64,000 nt of DNA from the human T2T-CHM13v2.0 reference genome, Homo sapiens (GCF_009914755.1 NC_060940.1); one strand, 5' to 3'; positions 13,197 through 26,349 are shown, counted from the first letter of the stretch. Numbers and translations: made by a program. Notes: generated by a model not told the origin, from the letters alone.

Positions 13197-14206
13197 TTAC
13201 AGTGAAAGGTCTGACTCCACTACAGTGCAGAGTAGGTGGGACATCCTGCATTGCAAACAAGCTCCTGCAGGAGCCAAACAGCTCCTGTGAATAGCAAGGT
13301 CTTAGCGCACAGGTGTCAACATTGGGCCTGGGAGGCTTTAAAAATGCTGAAATCAGAGTGGGCCTCACAGCAGCTGATTCAGTCACCCTGGGGTGTGGCC
13401 CGGGCTGAGGAGGTTTTGAAAGCTCTCCAGGCGATGGTGTTGGAAGGGGCGGAAAGCTGCCTTCGAGCCTCAGCCTGGCAAGCAGCACCTGCCAGCCAGA
13501 CCTTGAGGAAAGGGGAGCAGCTCTGTCCCACGGATTCAGATGTCACTGGAAAGGCAGAACGAGGAGGCACCTGGTCTTGTAGGTTCAGGCCAGCCTTGGA
13601 GCTGCCCTCCACCCATCCCTGCCTAATGCAGCCGGAACTTCGTCTGCGGCTGCTTTTCTGAACTCTTGGCGTCCTGTTTCTCCTCCTGCACCCCAAAATT
13701 AACGCAGTCCTGCCCGTGGCTGGCATTGTCACCAGGCCTTGCAAACACCTCTGTCGGACTTTGCCCAACCTCCCTGGAAACACACCAGGGGTTTTGGAAG
13801 GACTGCAGTGGTAAAGGTTGTGGCGCTCCCTGGGACACTGATTCGGAGTGTGGTTGTGTGCAGCTGAGCGTTTGGCGGTGGGTGAAGCCACGTGGACTGA
13901 TGACTGTGGACCTACACCTGCAGGGATGGCCGTGGGCCTGCGTGTGTGTGTCAGCGTGGCTGGGAGCAGGCTGGTGGTACTGGCAGCCGCTTCCACGTGG
14001 GTGAGGGGAGGGCCTCTGTCTGCAACATCCCTCATCAGTTCCCCCTGGATCCCAGCCCGGGGAGGGGGAGAGGGAAGGGGGGCTCAGCTTCCCAGGACCC
14101 TAAGCTGCTCCTGGGAGAAGAGAAGGATCCCAGTATCCGGTCAGAGGCTGCAGGAAGCGCTTGCCTCTCCCTGGCCCAGGGCTGACTCCGCCTCTCTTTT
14201 CTGCAG

Positions 14207-14231
14207 ATTTTCCGCCGTGCGGACAAAAATG
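14207..14231 (+). CDS. NECAB2: NECAB2 exon 2, 25-nt microexon (IFRRADKN)
   Basis: ctgcag|ATT, G|gtgagt; first half of the EF-hand 1 loop. Confidence 0.93.
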
Positions 14232-16890
14232 GTGAGTTTCCCTTCCAGGCCGACGGCCGCCCCACTCCTTCTGTCCTCGTGCTTCATGGGGAAGGGATCA
14301 GGGATAGGAGACAAGCGCAACCTTGAACCTAAAGGTTTGGAGTGCAGGGGTCTGAAGTTAGAAGGCCAAATCCTGCTGCTGCTCTGTGCCTTGACCTCCC
14401 TGTCTGTAAAACGGGAATCCTAGTAGGGCCTACTTAGTAGGGACAGCTCCACTCAAGGGCTCAGTGAGTCTTGTCTGTGATGCCAAGAACAATGACTGGC
14501 CGTGGTAAGGGCTGGGTGTACTTTAGGCCTTTTCCTAGCTGGGCTGGACCAGAGGAGCCCGGGCTGGGGCCCAGAAACCCTCCTTGAAAGGAAGCCGCCA
14601 GCCTCACGCTAGGCCCTTCACAAGCCTTGGTGCAGTTCTTCATCGTAGCAACCTGAGCAGTCAGTGCTCTTGCCTCTGTTGACACCATAGCAGCCCAGAG
14701 AGGTTAAGCAATTTGCCCCAGGGTTGCCCAGCTGCATGAAGGAAACGGAGGCTCTCCTGAAGACCGGGGCCCTTTTCCCTTTCTCTCTCAGCCTCTTTAA
14801 AAATGTGAGCAGCGCCTTGTTGTGGCCACGGAATTCATAGCGCTCCACTTCTCCCGACTCCTTGGAGGGGCTTCACTTGCAGAAGGAGCCCAGGCCTTGA
14901 GAGAATAAGCACGTTTAGGCGGCCCAGCTGAGCCTCGGCTGACAAAAAGCACCTTCTTAAAAATACCAGAATCATTATTACAGTTGCAACGCAACTCACC
15001 GTGGACTTGAACCAAGACAGATTCCCTCTCTGGGCCTTGGTTTTCCCGTGGGTAAAGTGGGGCAATAACACTTGCCCTGCCTCCTTCCCTGGGTTTTGGG
15101 GAAAAGCCAGAGAGGCGGTGTGGGTGACAAATGTTTTTAAAGAGAATCGCGTGCTCCCGGTATGTTCATTCATTGAGAAAATGCACATCAAGTACCAAGC
15201 CTGTGGCAGGGGAAGAGCACGCAACAGAGACCCTGTGACCTGCCCCAGGGCCCTTGGTCCCCAACGCCTCTGGCCCCGGTTCCTCTCCTGCACAAGCTGC
15301 AGTTGAGGGTGGCAGCTCTGGCCTGGGTCTCCAGCACCCGCCTCATCCCTGGGAGTTCCTGTTGACGGCTCCCACCCAGGGCGGTTGCAGGGTGGAGTTG
15401 GAGGCCTTGGGCATGGTGGGAGGGCAGGTGCACAGGCCTGGGCTGGAATCAGTTCCAACGAGTCTCCCACCCTGGCCTCCTGCATCCCTGGGGGGTGACA
15501 GTGACCACTCCCAGGCCTCTGGGGAAGAAGGACCATCAGCAGTGATTCCATACGGAGCAGAGGAGGAATAAGAGGGACGTAGGGAGATGAAGTGGCTCTG
15601 GAAAAACAGCCGTAGCATCATGGCCTGAAAAGCCTTGGAGATGAGGAGGGGAAATCAGGGGGCTGTCCCTGAGATGGGGTCGCCGGAGCCCTCAGCGTCA
15701 TTGCCTGTGTGCTGGCCTGGCTCCTCCAGCAGGTTGAGAGGTAGGGATTTGGGTTTGTCCCTTGTCCCGGGCCTGATACCCAGCACACAGTAGGTCCTCG
15801 GTAAATGTCTGTAGACTTGGTGGACGTGTTTGTTGGTGAGAGCGTGGCTGTGCGTATCTCGGTGACTCAGCAGCGTGAGGCTGTTGGGAATGCGTGTGTC
15901 CAGCGTGGGCCTCTAGCCATGGCTGTGCATCCCGAGTGTGTGTGCAGTTAGTGTGCGTGTGTGGCTTCCTGAGTGTGCAGCTCTGCAGGAGCCACTGCAG
16001 TGTATACACTTGGGCAGGTGGTGCCTGGCCCCCTCGGGCACAGATGGGGTTCTGTCCTTGCTGCAGGCTCCCCCCATCAGAGGCCATGTGTCCACCCCCT
16101 GAGCACAGCTGTGGGACTCTCAGTTTCCTTACTGCAGCCTCCTCAAAGGCCGAGCCTGTTCCTTCTCCTTGGGGCTTACATCTTACCAGCCACCACTATG
16201 TGACCGTTAGGGGCTGTCACCAGGGTGAATGTGGGTGTGAGATGCGGGTTCCAGCAAGAGCTTCCCAGGTCCCCCAGCCTGACTGCCTAGGCTCAAGTCC
16301 TGGCTCAGCCGCGTACCGGCTCTGGCCTCAGGCAAGTCACCAAATTCTGCAGTCTCAGTTTCCTTATCTGTAAATGGGAATAATTACAGCACCCACCTCA
16401 GAGGGCTGTCTGAGGATAGATAGTTGCTCTCCTGGCTTCGCTCATTGAAGATATCAATAAGTCCCCGCTGCTCTGCCTCAAATGCCTCGGAAATGGGAGT
16501 CCGCAGGTGTGGCTTGTCCAGAGGGGTTTGATTCCTCTGTGCTCAGCAGGGAATTCGGTCTGGGGGAGGCTGCCAGCAGTCACTGAACGTCTGTTATGCA
16601 CCAGGACTTGAATGTGCTTTTTCCTTTAATCTTCATTGTGATCCTCCTGAGACAAGAAGTATCAACCCCCACCCTCCTTCCAGATGACGAAAACAAGGCT
16701 CGGAGATGGCACGTGATATTCTTCACATGGTCGGGGGGCAGCGGTGCAGGCAGGTTCTGATTCAACACAGCAGCTTAAAAGCTTGTAGGAGTGGGGATGG
16801 GACTTGGTGTGGGTATAGATAGGGGAGTGGTGTGGGAATAGAATGGCTGGGGAAAGAGGAATGAGTGTAGGGGTGAGAATAGGTGTCAAG

Positions 16891-17438
16891 GAGGTGTGGA
16901 TCCAAGAATGAGAGCAGGTGTGCAGGGAGGTGTGGGTGCAGGGATGAGAGCAGGTGTGCAGGGAGGCGTGGGTGCGGGGATGGGAACAGGTGTGCAGGGA
17001 GGTGTGGGTGCAGGGATGGGAACAGGTGTGCAGGGAGGTGTGGGTGCGGGAATGTGAACCGGTGTGCAGGGATGAGAGCAGGTGTGCAGGGAGGTGTGCA
17101 GGGATGAGAGCAGGTGTGCAGGGAGGTGTGGGTGCAGGGATGAGAACAGGTGTGCAGGGATGAGAGCAGGTGTGCAGGGAGGTGTGCAGGGATGAGAGCA
17201 GGTGTGCAGGGAGGTGTGGGTGCAGGGATGGGAACAGGTGTGCAGGGAGGTGTTGGTGCGGGGATGGGAACAGGTGTGCAGGGAGGTGTTGGTGCGGGAA
17301 TGTGAACCGGTGTGCAGGGAGGCGTGGGTGCGGGGATGGGAACAGGTGTGCAGGGATGAGAGCAGGTGTGCAGGGAGGTGTGGGTGCGGGGATGGGAACA
17401 GGTGTGCAGGGATGAGAACAGGTGTGCAGGGGGTGCAG
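16891..17438 (+). repeat. Composite G-rich minisatellite (20-, 16- and 12-bp modules)
   Basis: GGGATGAGAGCAGGTGTGCA (~17x) interleaved with GGGAGGTGTGGGTGCA or GGGAGGTGTGCA. Confidence 0.95.
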
Positions 17439-18036
17439 ATGTGGAGGCCGATAGGCCCACAAGCACACACAGGACTGCTCAACACTGACGCTAGCCCTGC
17501 CTCACGTGTCCACAGGAAGGATGGATGGGATGCCTCAGGGGAGCGGGAGATGGGGTGCAAACTCAAAGGACCCCCCAGGCTGCCCTTAGGACTTAGAGAT
17601 TACAGGAACAAAGGCTCAGGGCTGCCCTGTCAGGGTGGCTCCTGTGACAGAGACTTGTTTGGCTGAGCTGGATACCGGATGCCCAGTCCCTATGGGAAGG
17701 TTAGCATGAGGGGCCTGACTGGCAGCCTGGGACATAAACTCAGGGGGTGGCAGAGGGCTGAGTGGCAGACAGCATTTCCCTTCAGGGACATGGACGCTGA
17801 CAGGCTGACAGGCTCTTGGCATTTGAAAGGTCATGGAGACAGAGAGTGAGTTTGTGCTAATTAGCAAAGACACCTGCAAACGGCCCGCTTGGGGTCTCTG
17901 GCAAAAGTGCCAGCGCGGGCCCGCTTGGCCTGTCTAATTGGACTGGGGGCCTACGTAGGGCATGTTTTTTCCTCATTAGTGAATTCATTAGGGCCGTGAT
18001 CAGGCGTTCAGGATAAATGTCAGCCGAAAGCTTAGT

Positions 18037-18138
18037 GAGGGGGCACCTTGCTGGCCTCTGTCTGCCTGCTCTCCCTGTGTGCCGAGGGGGCACCTTGCTG
18101 GTCTCTGGCTGCCTGCTCTCCCTGTGTGCAGAGGGGGC
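18037..18138 (+). repeat. 47-bp tandem duplication (~2.2 copies)
   Basis: gagggggcaccttgctgg.ctctg.ctgcctgctctccctgtgtgc repeated. Confidence 0.9.
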
Positions 18139-20499
18139 CCAAGGTACCTGGACAGGCACGTGGGGAGATGAGCCAGCCAGAGGGAGGCTGGGATTGGGGC
18201 TCACAACCCCTGTCATGCCCATGGTGACTGCCCCTCACCCAAAGTGGGGGTGCCTGAGCCAGCACCCACCCCCTGCTGGGTAGGTGGCGATGTCGCCACA
18301 AGATCCTACCCCTGGATTAGGTTGAGAGCCTGGACTTGGGAGCCAGATGGCCTGGGTTCAAGCTTCAGCTGTAGGACCTAGGCAAGTACCCTAAGGGCTC
18401 TGTGCCTCAGTTTACCCCTCTCTAACATGGAAGTGGTAGTACTACCTGTGTCGTGAGTGTTAAGAAGACTAAAGGAGTGAGTCCGTGGAAGGTACTCCAC
18501 GTGTGGTGTGACTCCACACTGGGATTCCTGGGTTTTATCTTCAGGCTTGCCGAAGACACTCGGAAGGCATCCTCTGTCACAGAACACAGAAAGCAACAAC
18601 TTCGATTTCACTTATCTCGTGGCTGACTTTGCGGACTTTTAGTTGTTAGGTTTTGGGTCTTTGGTTTGTGCATGTGTGGTTGGATTGGGGTTTTTTTGGC
18701 CTTTCCTTTGAAAGACAGAAATTCTTCCCACTGTAACCTTGAAATCTGAGCTGCGATGGGGGCATCTTGGGATATTGGCCCTAGCCCCCCGTGCCCACAC
18801 GTTCATATTCTTTACCGGTCTCTGATACTTTATGCTCTATGGGGTTAAAGAGAAAAGTGGTGGCATGAAACCTTGGCAAGATCTGAGGACCCCCCCTCTC
18901 CTGAGCTTATGCTCTCACCCTGTGTTGAGCTCCAGCAGAGCTGCTGGGAGCACAGACAGAAGCACTGGAGCCTTTAAAGTTTAAGAATGACTCATTCTCA
19001 ACCCAAGTACGTCTGCCATGTCGGGTTAGGCAGGTTGTGCGCTGCACAAGGGCACCCACCCGAGGAAATGGAGGGTTTCAAATCCAGGCTGCAATCCGCT
19101 TTCAACACATGTGCACTGACACTGGTCTCATCCTCTCGGCAGAGAAAGGAGAGTCTTTTTCTAATCCATAGGAAGGTGCCATGTGGACTCTCAGGGCCCT
19201 TGTCCCAAGCACCCAGCTTTGAATGCAGATCCTCTGGAAGTAATGCCAGGGGTTTATGCAGAGAGGCTGGGGGCCAGGAACTGTCATGGGCTCCCTCTTG
19301 TCTCTGACCTCCATGCCACTCACATAGTTTCTCTTAAGGAGGAACAGATCCTTGAGGAGGGGGGAGGTGGCTGCAGGGCAGGTGGGGGATGAGCTTGCTG
19401 GCATTTGCTCAGCAGGTCTGTTCAGGTGGAAGGAGCTGAGGGTGGAAGCTTAGGGACCGCCTCCCAGAGTCCCTGATGTTCTTAAGCCACCTCCCCTGGT
19501 GGCCCAATCTGATCCAAACCCACAAGACCTTCCTGGTAGGGCCAAAAGTGTCCCCAGAGCAACTGCAAGTGAAGGGAAAAGGTGAGGCGATGGGTGGGAC
19601 TGGTGGCATGTGTCCCACCCATCCCTCCACAGAGCCCCTCCACAGAGGAGCTGTGGAGGCCCCTCTGTGGAGCTCCACCTCAGAAGCACAGCCTCTGGCC
19701 AGAGCGTTGGCACCTCCAGGCCTGGCACCTCCTTCCTGCATGGCTTGGCATCTAGATGGCTGCATCTGTGGCCTGGGAGAGGAGGTAACTGAGAACCTCA
19801 TGCCGGCCATTGGCAGCCATCTCATGCTGCCTCAGGGAAGGACCTGAAGTTTGCCACATAGATGGGGCGGAGAAGAAAGGGTTCTTCTGTACTCTAAGAA
19901 CAGTGCTGAGAGAGTCAGGGCTTAGGGGCTGGGATTGGGGTTGGGAGCATGCAGAGACCACTTGGCGTTTGGAAGCTATGGAGTGGTGGCTCATCCAGCT
20001 GCTGGTTTTTGGATCCACTTCATACCGATGGTGTGACATGGGACAAGTTGCTCACAGTGGGTTATCTTAAATAGCACCTGCCTCCAGGTGGCCATGTAAA
20101 TTGAGAGAAAATTCACTGGCAGGGGGCAGATACTCTATATTTGTTGAACGCATGGAAAATGTTGAGTGCATGGTGAGCCCAAGAAAGCTAGCTATTGCAT
20201 TATTGTTAGTTTGAGGATTATCTGTAAACAGGCATTGGTCTGGGAATTAGCTGGATGAGGCATGATTCTCTGTGTACTGGAGTTTACTGGTTAGTGTGGG
20301 AATTAGCTGGGTGGGTAGGGATTATCTAAAATGGAATTTGTCTTTTAGTTTGGGGATTAGCTGGGAGGGTAGGGATTATCTGAGCTGCAGTTGTTCTGTC
20401 AGTCAGGCCATTGACTGGATTTGGGGGCCGTGCATGCACTAGCCCCACCAGCCTTATCTCTGCAGACACCAGCTCCTTTCTCTGCTTCCTTCCTTGCAG

Positions 20500-20608
20500 A
20501 TGATGGGAAGCTGTCCTTGGAGGAATTCCAGCTCTTCTTTGCAGATGGCGTCCTTAATGAGAAAGAACTGGAGGATCTCTTTCACACGATTGACTCTGAC
20601 AACACCAA
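20500..20608 (+). CDS. NECAB2: NECAB2 exon 3 ([10 protein letters not shown]...IDSDNT)
   Basis: ttgcag|AT, AA|gtgagc; 109 nt; EF-hand residues. Confidence 0.96.
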
Positions 20609-22894
20609 GTGAGCTTCAGTCCTGGCTGGCAGAGTGGGGGTGTGTGTGGGCTGTGGTGGAGGCATCTTTTCATCTAGTGTCCGTTCCTAGTCCCCTGTAA
20701 GGGGCAGGAGAACTGAAAATCCCCAAATTTGCTAATCCAGAAGTCAGCTCTTCACTGCCTGGGGTGAATGGGGCGTGTGCAGATTCATATTGCATTGGCT
20801 ACTATCGCAAGTGTGTCTTCTGAGTGCACATGGCCAACTAAGGAGAGACTCCTGGTTTTGCACAGTGGACATGGGATTATGAAAATGGGAAGGTGGCAAT
20901 GACTTCATCCTTCTGCCATCTTCAGCCAGCAGCCAGTTCTCACCCCAACCCCAATGCCTGTGTGTCCTCCCAGTCCCAACATTAACTGTGAGGTTGAACG
21001 TCATCCTAACACTGACTCCTGTGTTAAACCAAACACGAATCCTAACTCAACACTACGTCTATCATTATAGCTTATTAAACCTTTTCTCCAACCCAGTCAT
21101 AACCCTGACCTGCATCTCAGAATCAGCCAAAAACTCTGTCTCCACCCATCTCTAAATCAAGTGGAAAATGCAGATTCTACTCAGACTTACCCTTGACCCT
21201 TCCCAGCCTCACCTCCAATCTTGCCCTTTTCTTGGGATTCCCCAGACAGGATGAGGTCTGAGCCCTCTCCTCAACCCCACCTTCAGGAGGGATCAGAGCC
21301 CCACCTGGTCTCCTTTCTCAGGCCTACTCGCGTGATGAGGACCCAAGCTTCTGGAGGGCTGCTTAGGGCACATTTGGTAAGCGGAGGTTCTCTGAGACTG
21401 ACTAGAGATGGTCTGGACAAGGAGCTACCACCAAACCAGTGTGCAAGGGGTAGAGTACAGTGGTGGTTTGGACCAGAGGCTGCGGCTGAGAGAGTCCTGG
21501 GGGGCACTGGCTGGGGACCGGGATATGGTAAGTGGAGCAGATACCATCCTCTGGGAAAGGCCACTTTAAAGAAATGGCTTCAGGCTCCAGACTGCAGAAT
21601 GGAGAACTGTCTGGGGCCAGATGGAGATTTCTGAGCTGTTACTGCAGCTTCCTGGGGTGCTTTGAAGGGGCCAGGCAGGTGCCCATTGATTTAGACCTTC
21701 TCTTTCAGGGCCTTTTGTGTTAGGACCAGCGGGGTAGAGGAGGGGGTGGAGGCGGAGGGAGGAGGAGGCACTGGTTTGAGAGTCGAACTGTGAGAGTACG
21801 TGTGGGTGGGTGGGGGTGCAGGGAGGACTCGCGGTTATGGAAGGTCAAAGCTCTATAAAGACTTTTAGGATTAATCTCCCCAACATTACCTAAGGTGTGA
21901 GCCACGAACATTAGCCCCTTGGGATGCTAAATAGACTTTGTGCCCAAAACAGTGTACAAACCATCAAAAAGTTTTGTGAAACATGAATTAAAGCAGAATG
22001 ACAGGGTCGCTTTCTGCAGGACTTGCCAGAACTCTGAATATGAGATGGAGGTTGGAGGCACCTCCTGACAGAGCATGCAGAGCCCCCGAGTGCAGATTCA
22101 CTGGGCCACAGAAGCCTTCTGTCCAGATGTGCTTTGCTGAGCCTGGGCTCCACTGAGCACGATGAGGGACCTAGGCCCAGAAAGGGCCACCACCGTATTG
22201 GGTCCCTTGCACATTGACTTGGCAGTAGCTCCTTATCCAGACCATCTCTAGCCAGTCCCAGAGGGCCTCAGCTTATCAAATCTGCTCCTAAGCTGCAGAA
22301 CCACCATAGTTCCCAGCACTGCACCCCTTATCTTGGGGCCGGTCTGTGCTCCTTCACTGCCATGGGGGATAGGCTCATGCTCAGCCTGCTCCCCCAAGAA
22401 AGGACAGGACCCTTCTCCAGGCTGTAGGAATGGGGATATGGGACCCAGGGGCTGCGACCAGAACAGGAAGGGCTCTGCCACAACCCCAGGAACTCCAGGA
22501 CCCAGCAGGCAGGGTCGACTGGGGGTGGGTCAGTGGGTCAGATGAGAGCTTTGCTGACAGCCCGTCACAGTAATGGGTCCCCACTCTCTGTCCCTTTACC
22601 CCTTTCCTGGCCCCCAGCTTGGCCCTCCCCTTGGTGTCATTTATTCATGATGGGGTCAGCAGACTCCGAGAAAACAGAACAAGGGTGGGTGGTGTGGGGG
22701 ATCAGACAGACGTGGGCCTTCAGGGGCGGGGGTGTCACCTACCTGCTGCACCCTCTTCTGTAAGGCGGAGCTTGTGGGGCCAGCACACAGGCTGCAAAGA
22801 GCAGGCAGGATGTGTGTTTCGCAGGCTGTGCAGGGTCAGGCCTGCTAACCCCCTCTCTGTCTCTGTCTGTCTCTGCCTCTGTCTGTCTCTGCAG

Positions 22895-22920
22895 CCATGT
22901 GGACACCAAGGAGCTGTGTG
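22895..22920 (+). CDS. NECAB2: NECAB2 exon 4, 26-nt microexon (NHVDTKELC)
   Basis: CTAAC branch point, long pyrimidine tract, gcag|C, G|gtaggt; completes the EF-hand 2 loop and keeps frame. Confidence 0.93.
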
Positions 22921-23085
22921 GTAGGTGCCTGGCTATGCTGGGACCAAGATGGGGATGCTGGGATGGGGCTGGATGAGAAGGGCCTGAGGCAGGGGAGGCT
23001 GGAGGTAGCGCAGGTGGGAGGTGCAGGAGTGCTGAGTGGGAGGGGCAGGACCTGTGACCCCTGACCTTTGCCTTTCCTTCCCCAG

Positions 23086-23183
23086 ATTACTTTGTGGACC
23101 ACATGGGTGACTATGAGGATGTCCTGGCCTCCCTGGAGACCTTGAATCACTCTGTCCTGAAGGCCATGGGTTATACCAAGAAG
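23086..23183 (+). CDS. NECAB2: NECAB2 exon 5 ([14 protein letters not shown]...YTKK)
   Basis: cccag|AT, AAG|gtcagt; 98 nt. Confidence 0.96.
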
Positions 23184-24902
23184 GTCAGTGGGTGTAGGTG
23201 GCCCCCGGGGTCCAGGGCTCCAGTGCTGCTTCAGTTCCACCCTTGCCTAAGGATGCCTGGATTTTTGAAGACAGGCCGCCAGGGAGGCCTATCTCAGGGG
23301 TGGGCTTTGCCTGGGCCTCTTTGAAGCAGCTGAGATGAACTGGGAAGGGAATAGAATGGTTTGGTGAATGGCTCTGGTTGGGAGCAGGAGGCATTTTCCC
23401 GGAATCAGGCCTGATCCTGGGCTGGGGCCTTAGAAAGGGTGGCCGCAATCACCCTGTGCCCTTAAGGGGTCCCCAGACAGGTGTCGTACCCTTCAGGGTG
23501 GGCTTACAAGACTGGAAGAGGGGGCGGGGTGGGGCGTGGTGGGGGGTGGTGGTTCATGCATCTGAACCCTGTCCCATATCAGGTTCTCGATGCTCAGCAC
23601 CTGGTTTAATCCTCACAGCAACCCTATGGGTGGTTGCTGTCACCTCCACTATCTCACAGCTATGGAAACAGAGGCTCACAAAGGTGAACTCAACAGAGTC
23701 ACAGCCAGACAGCCATAGCTGCTGGCTGGGATGAGTGGGGAAACTGAGTCAGGGACCTGGCAATAGGCATGGGAGTGTAGCATGAGACTCCAGGCACACC
23801 CAGGAGGCAACTGGAGAGTCAGTCATCCAGGAGCAGAGAGCAGCCATAGGGCACACTGGTCCAGGCCCACGGTGAGGGAACTGGGAGCATGCAAGGGTGA
23901 GGGACCCACAGGTGCTCGAGGCAGCAGCCACCAGCACCCTGAGCTTTGGGAGTCCAGAAAAGCCCAGCCTTGTCTGCCGGTTGAGGCCGGGGAACTTAGC
24001 TGATAAAGCCAGCCAGACCTGGCTGAGGGATCTGAGCTGGTTATTTCCCTTTCTGAGCCTCAGTTTTTCCATCTGTGAAATGGAGACATCCACCTTATGA
24101 ATTACGAAGTCCTTCAGAGATTGAGCCAAGTAAGGCCTCTGAGCTATTGAGCATGCAGGACCAAGCTCGGAGCAAAGGCACCTGCTGGTTTGTATCAATA
24201 CGCTCCTACTGTACGCTCAGCCAGATATTAAAACCCATTCTGTGCAATTTTCCCATGCTTCTCAGTTAGTGACCGCCATGTATTAGACAGTCTCTGTTTT
24301 GCCATATATCTAACAATAGTTGGGCCTCATTCTGGGCCTCCACGATTCCACATTTCCATTTCTGTCCCAGTATCATGCTGTTTTGAGTCTTGCTGTTTTA
24401 GAGTATATTTTAATACCATGTAAGACCTGCTCCCTTCAAGTATTAATCTTTGTAGAATATCGTTTGATATCCCCAAGTATCAAGGTATAGGCGGTGGATT
24501 AGAAGGTAGCATGGGAAGATCCCAGGCTTCCGAGTCACCCAGACAAGGGTGGCAATGCCAGCTCTGCTCCAAACAGGCTGTGTGAGGTCACCACGTGCTC
24601 ACAGATGACCCTGGGAAATGGAAACCACCTCCTTGAGCCTCGGTTTTCTCACCTTAGAAGGGGCCCACGTCCTAGCCATGCTGTGAGGCATTCGTAACAT
24701 CCATGGTTGCGTCTTGGTCTTCAGTCAGACTTTTCAGGAACATAAGAGAGTTCTCCATCAGTGTCTACTGATACAAGTTAGACCGGTTTTAGAGATCTTG
24801 CTCTTGGAAGTCATGTGCGTATGATGTCAGGGGTGGTCTTTGGTGGTTTTTTTGTGGCAGTCGTGGTGATGATAGGTTGTTGCATCCGTGATTGGCATTT
24901 CC

Positions 24903-25207
<305 letters not shown>

Positions 25208-26030
25208 ATGTGATTGGCATTTCTTTTGCTTGCGTATTTCCTAAGTGGTTTTTGTTTGTAGAAATGCAGCTTGTCGGTTGTTGTTTTGAATGCTTTTCTT
25301 GTATGTGCTGTTTGCTTTCGTCAAGCCGCAGCATCAGTTATTAAGAGTGCCGTTGTCTCTGCATTCTAACACGTGCCCCTCTTGCTTCCCTGTCTATCCT
25401 GTGGCATTTCTCTCATGTTCTAAAACGTCGTGGTGGGGCACGGCCAGGCATGCTTGTTTGGCTCCTGATTTTCGAGTGCATCTCTAGTACTTCTCTGCTG
25501 ATTATCATATTAATACCAGCTCTTATTTTAGAATCCTTGTCAGCATGTTGGAGAAATATTTTTGCATTCCCTTTTTTCCATTTTGTCTTAGGAGGGTGGT
25601 GGTGAATTTTTTCAAATGCCTTTTGGTATTTTTAAATGATCATATGATTTTTTTCCCCTAAGCTATTGATGGGGTGGATGCTATTTTTAGATTGTCTCAA
25701 ATTGAACAATCCTTCGCTCCCTGTGATAAACCCTAATTGGTATATTATTCTTTTATCACATTACTGAGTCCTTGTCATGAGCCAAGAATTTTATCTCTGT
25801 CTCCATTGGGAGTGGAGATCGGATGATAGCTTGGGAATGATTTTGTGAAGTGGTTTTGAATGTGTTCTGTGTATGAATCAGCTTCTCTAACATAGCATCA
25901 TTTTTCTACGTAAAAATAGAATTTATCCATAACGCTTGGGTCTCAGTGTTAAACAGGGGAGGGGATGATTTTCATAGTTATTTTAAGGTCATCTCTACTT
26001 TTAGTCAACTTTTTCACTTGTCCATTGTAA

Positions 26031-26349
<319 letters not shown>

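Noticed and set aside
16662-17666. His/Pro/Cys-rich ORFs of 150-268 aa
   Set aside because: Translations of the minisatellite in several frames; no splice or start support
20940-21220. Weak CCCTAA-like periodicity (interstitial telomere remnant?)
   Set aside because: Too degenerate; no run of intact hexamers
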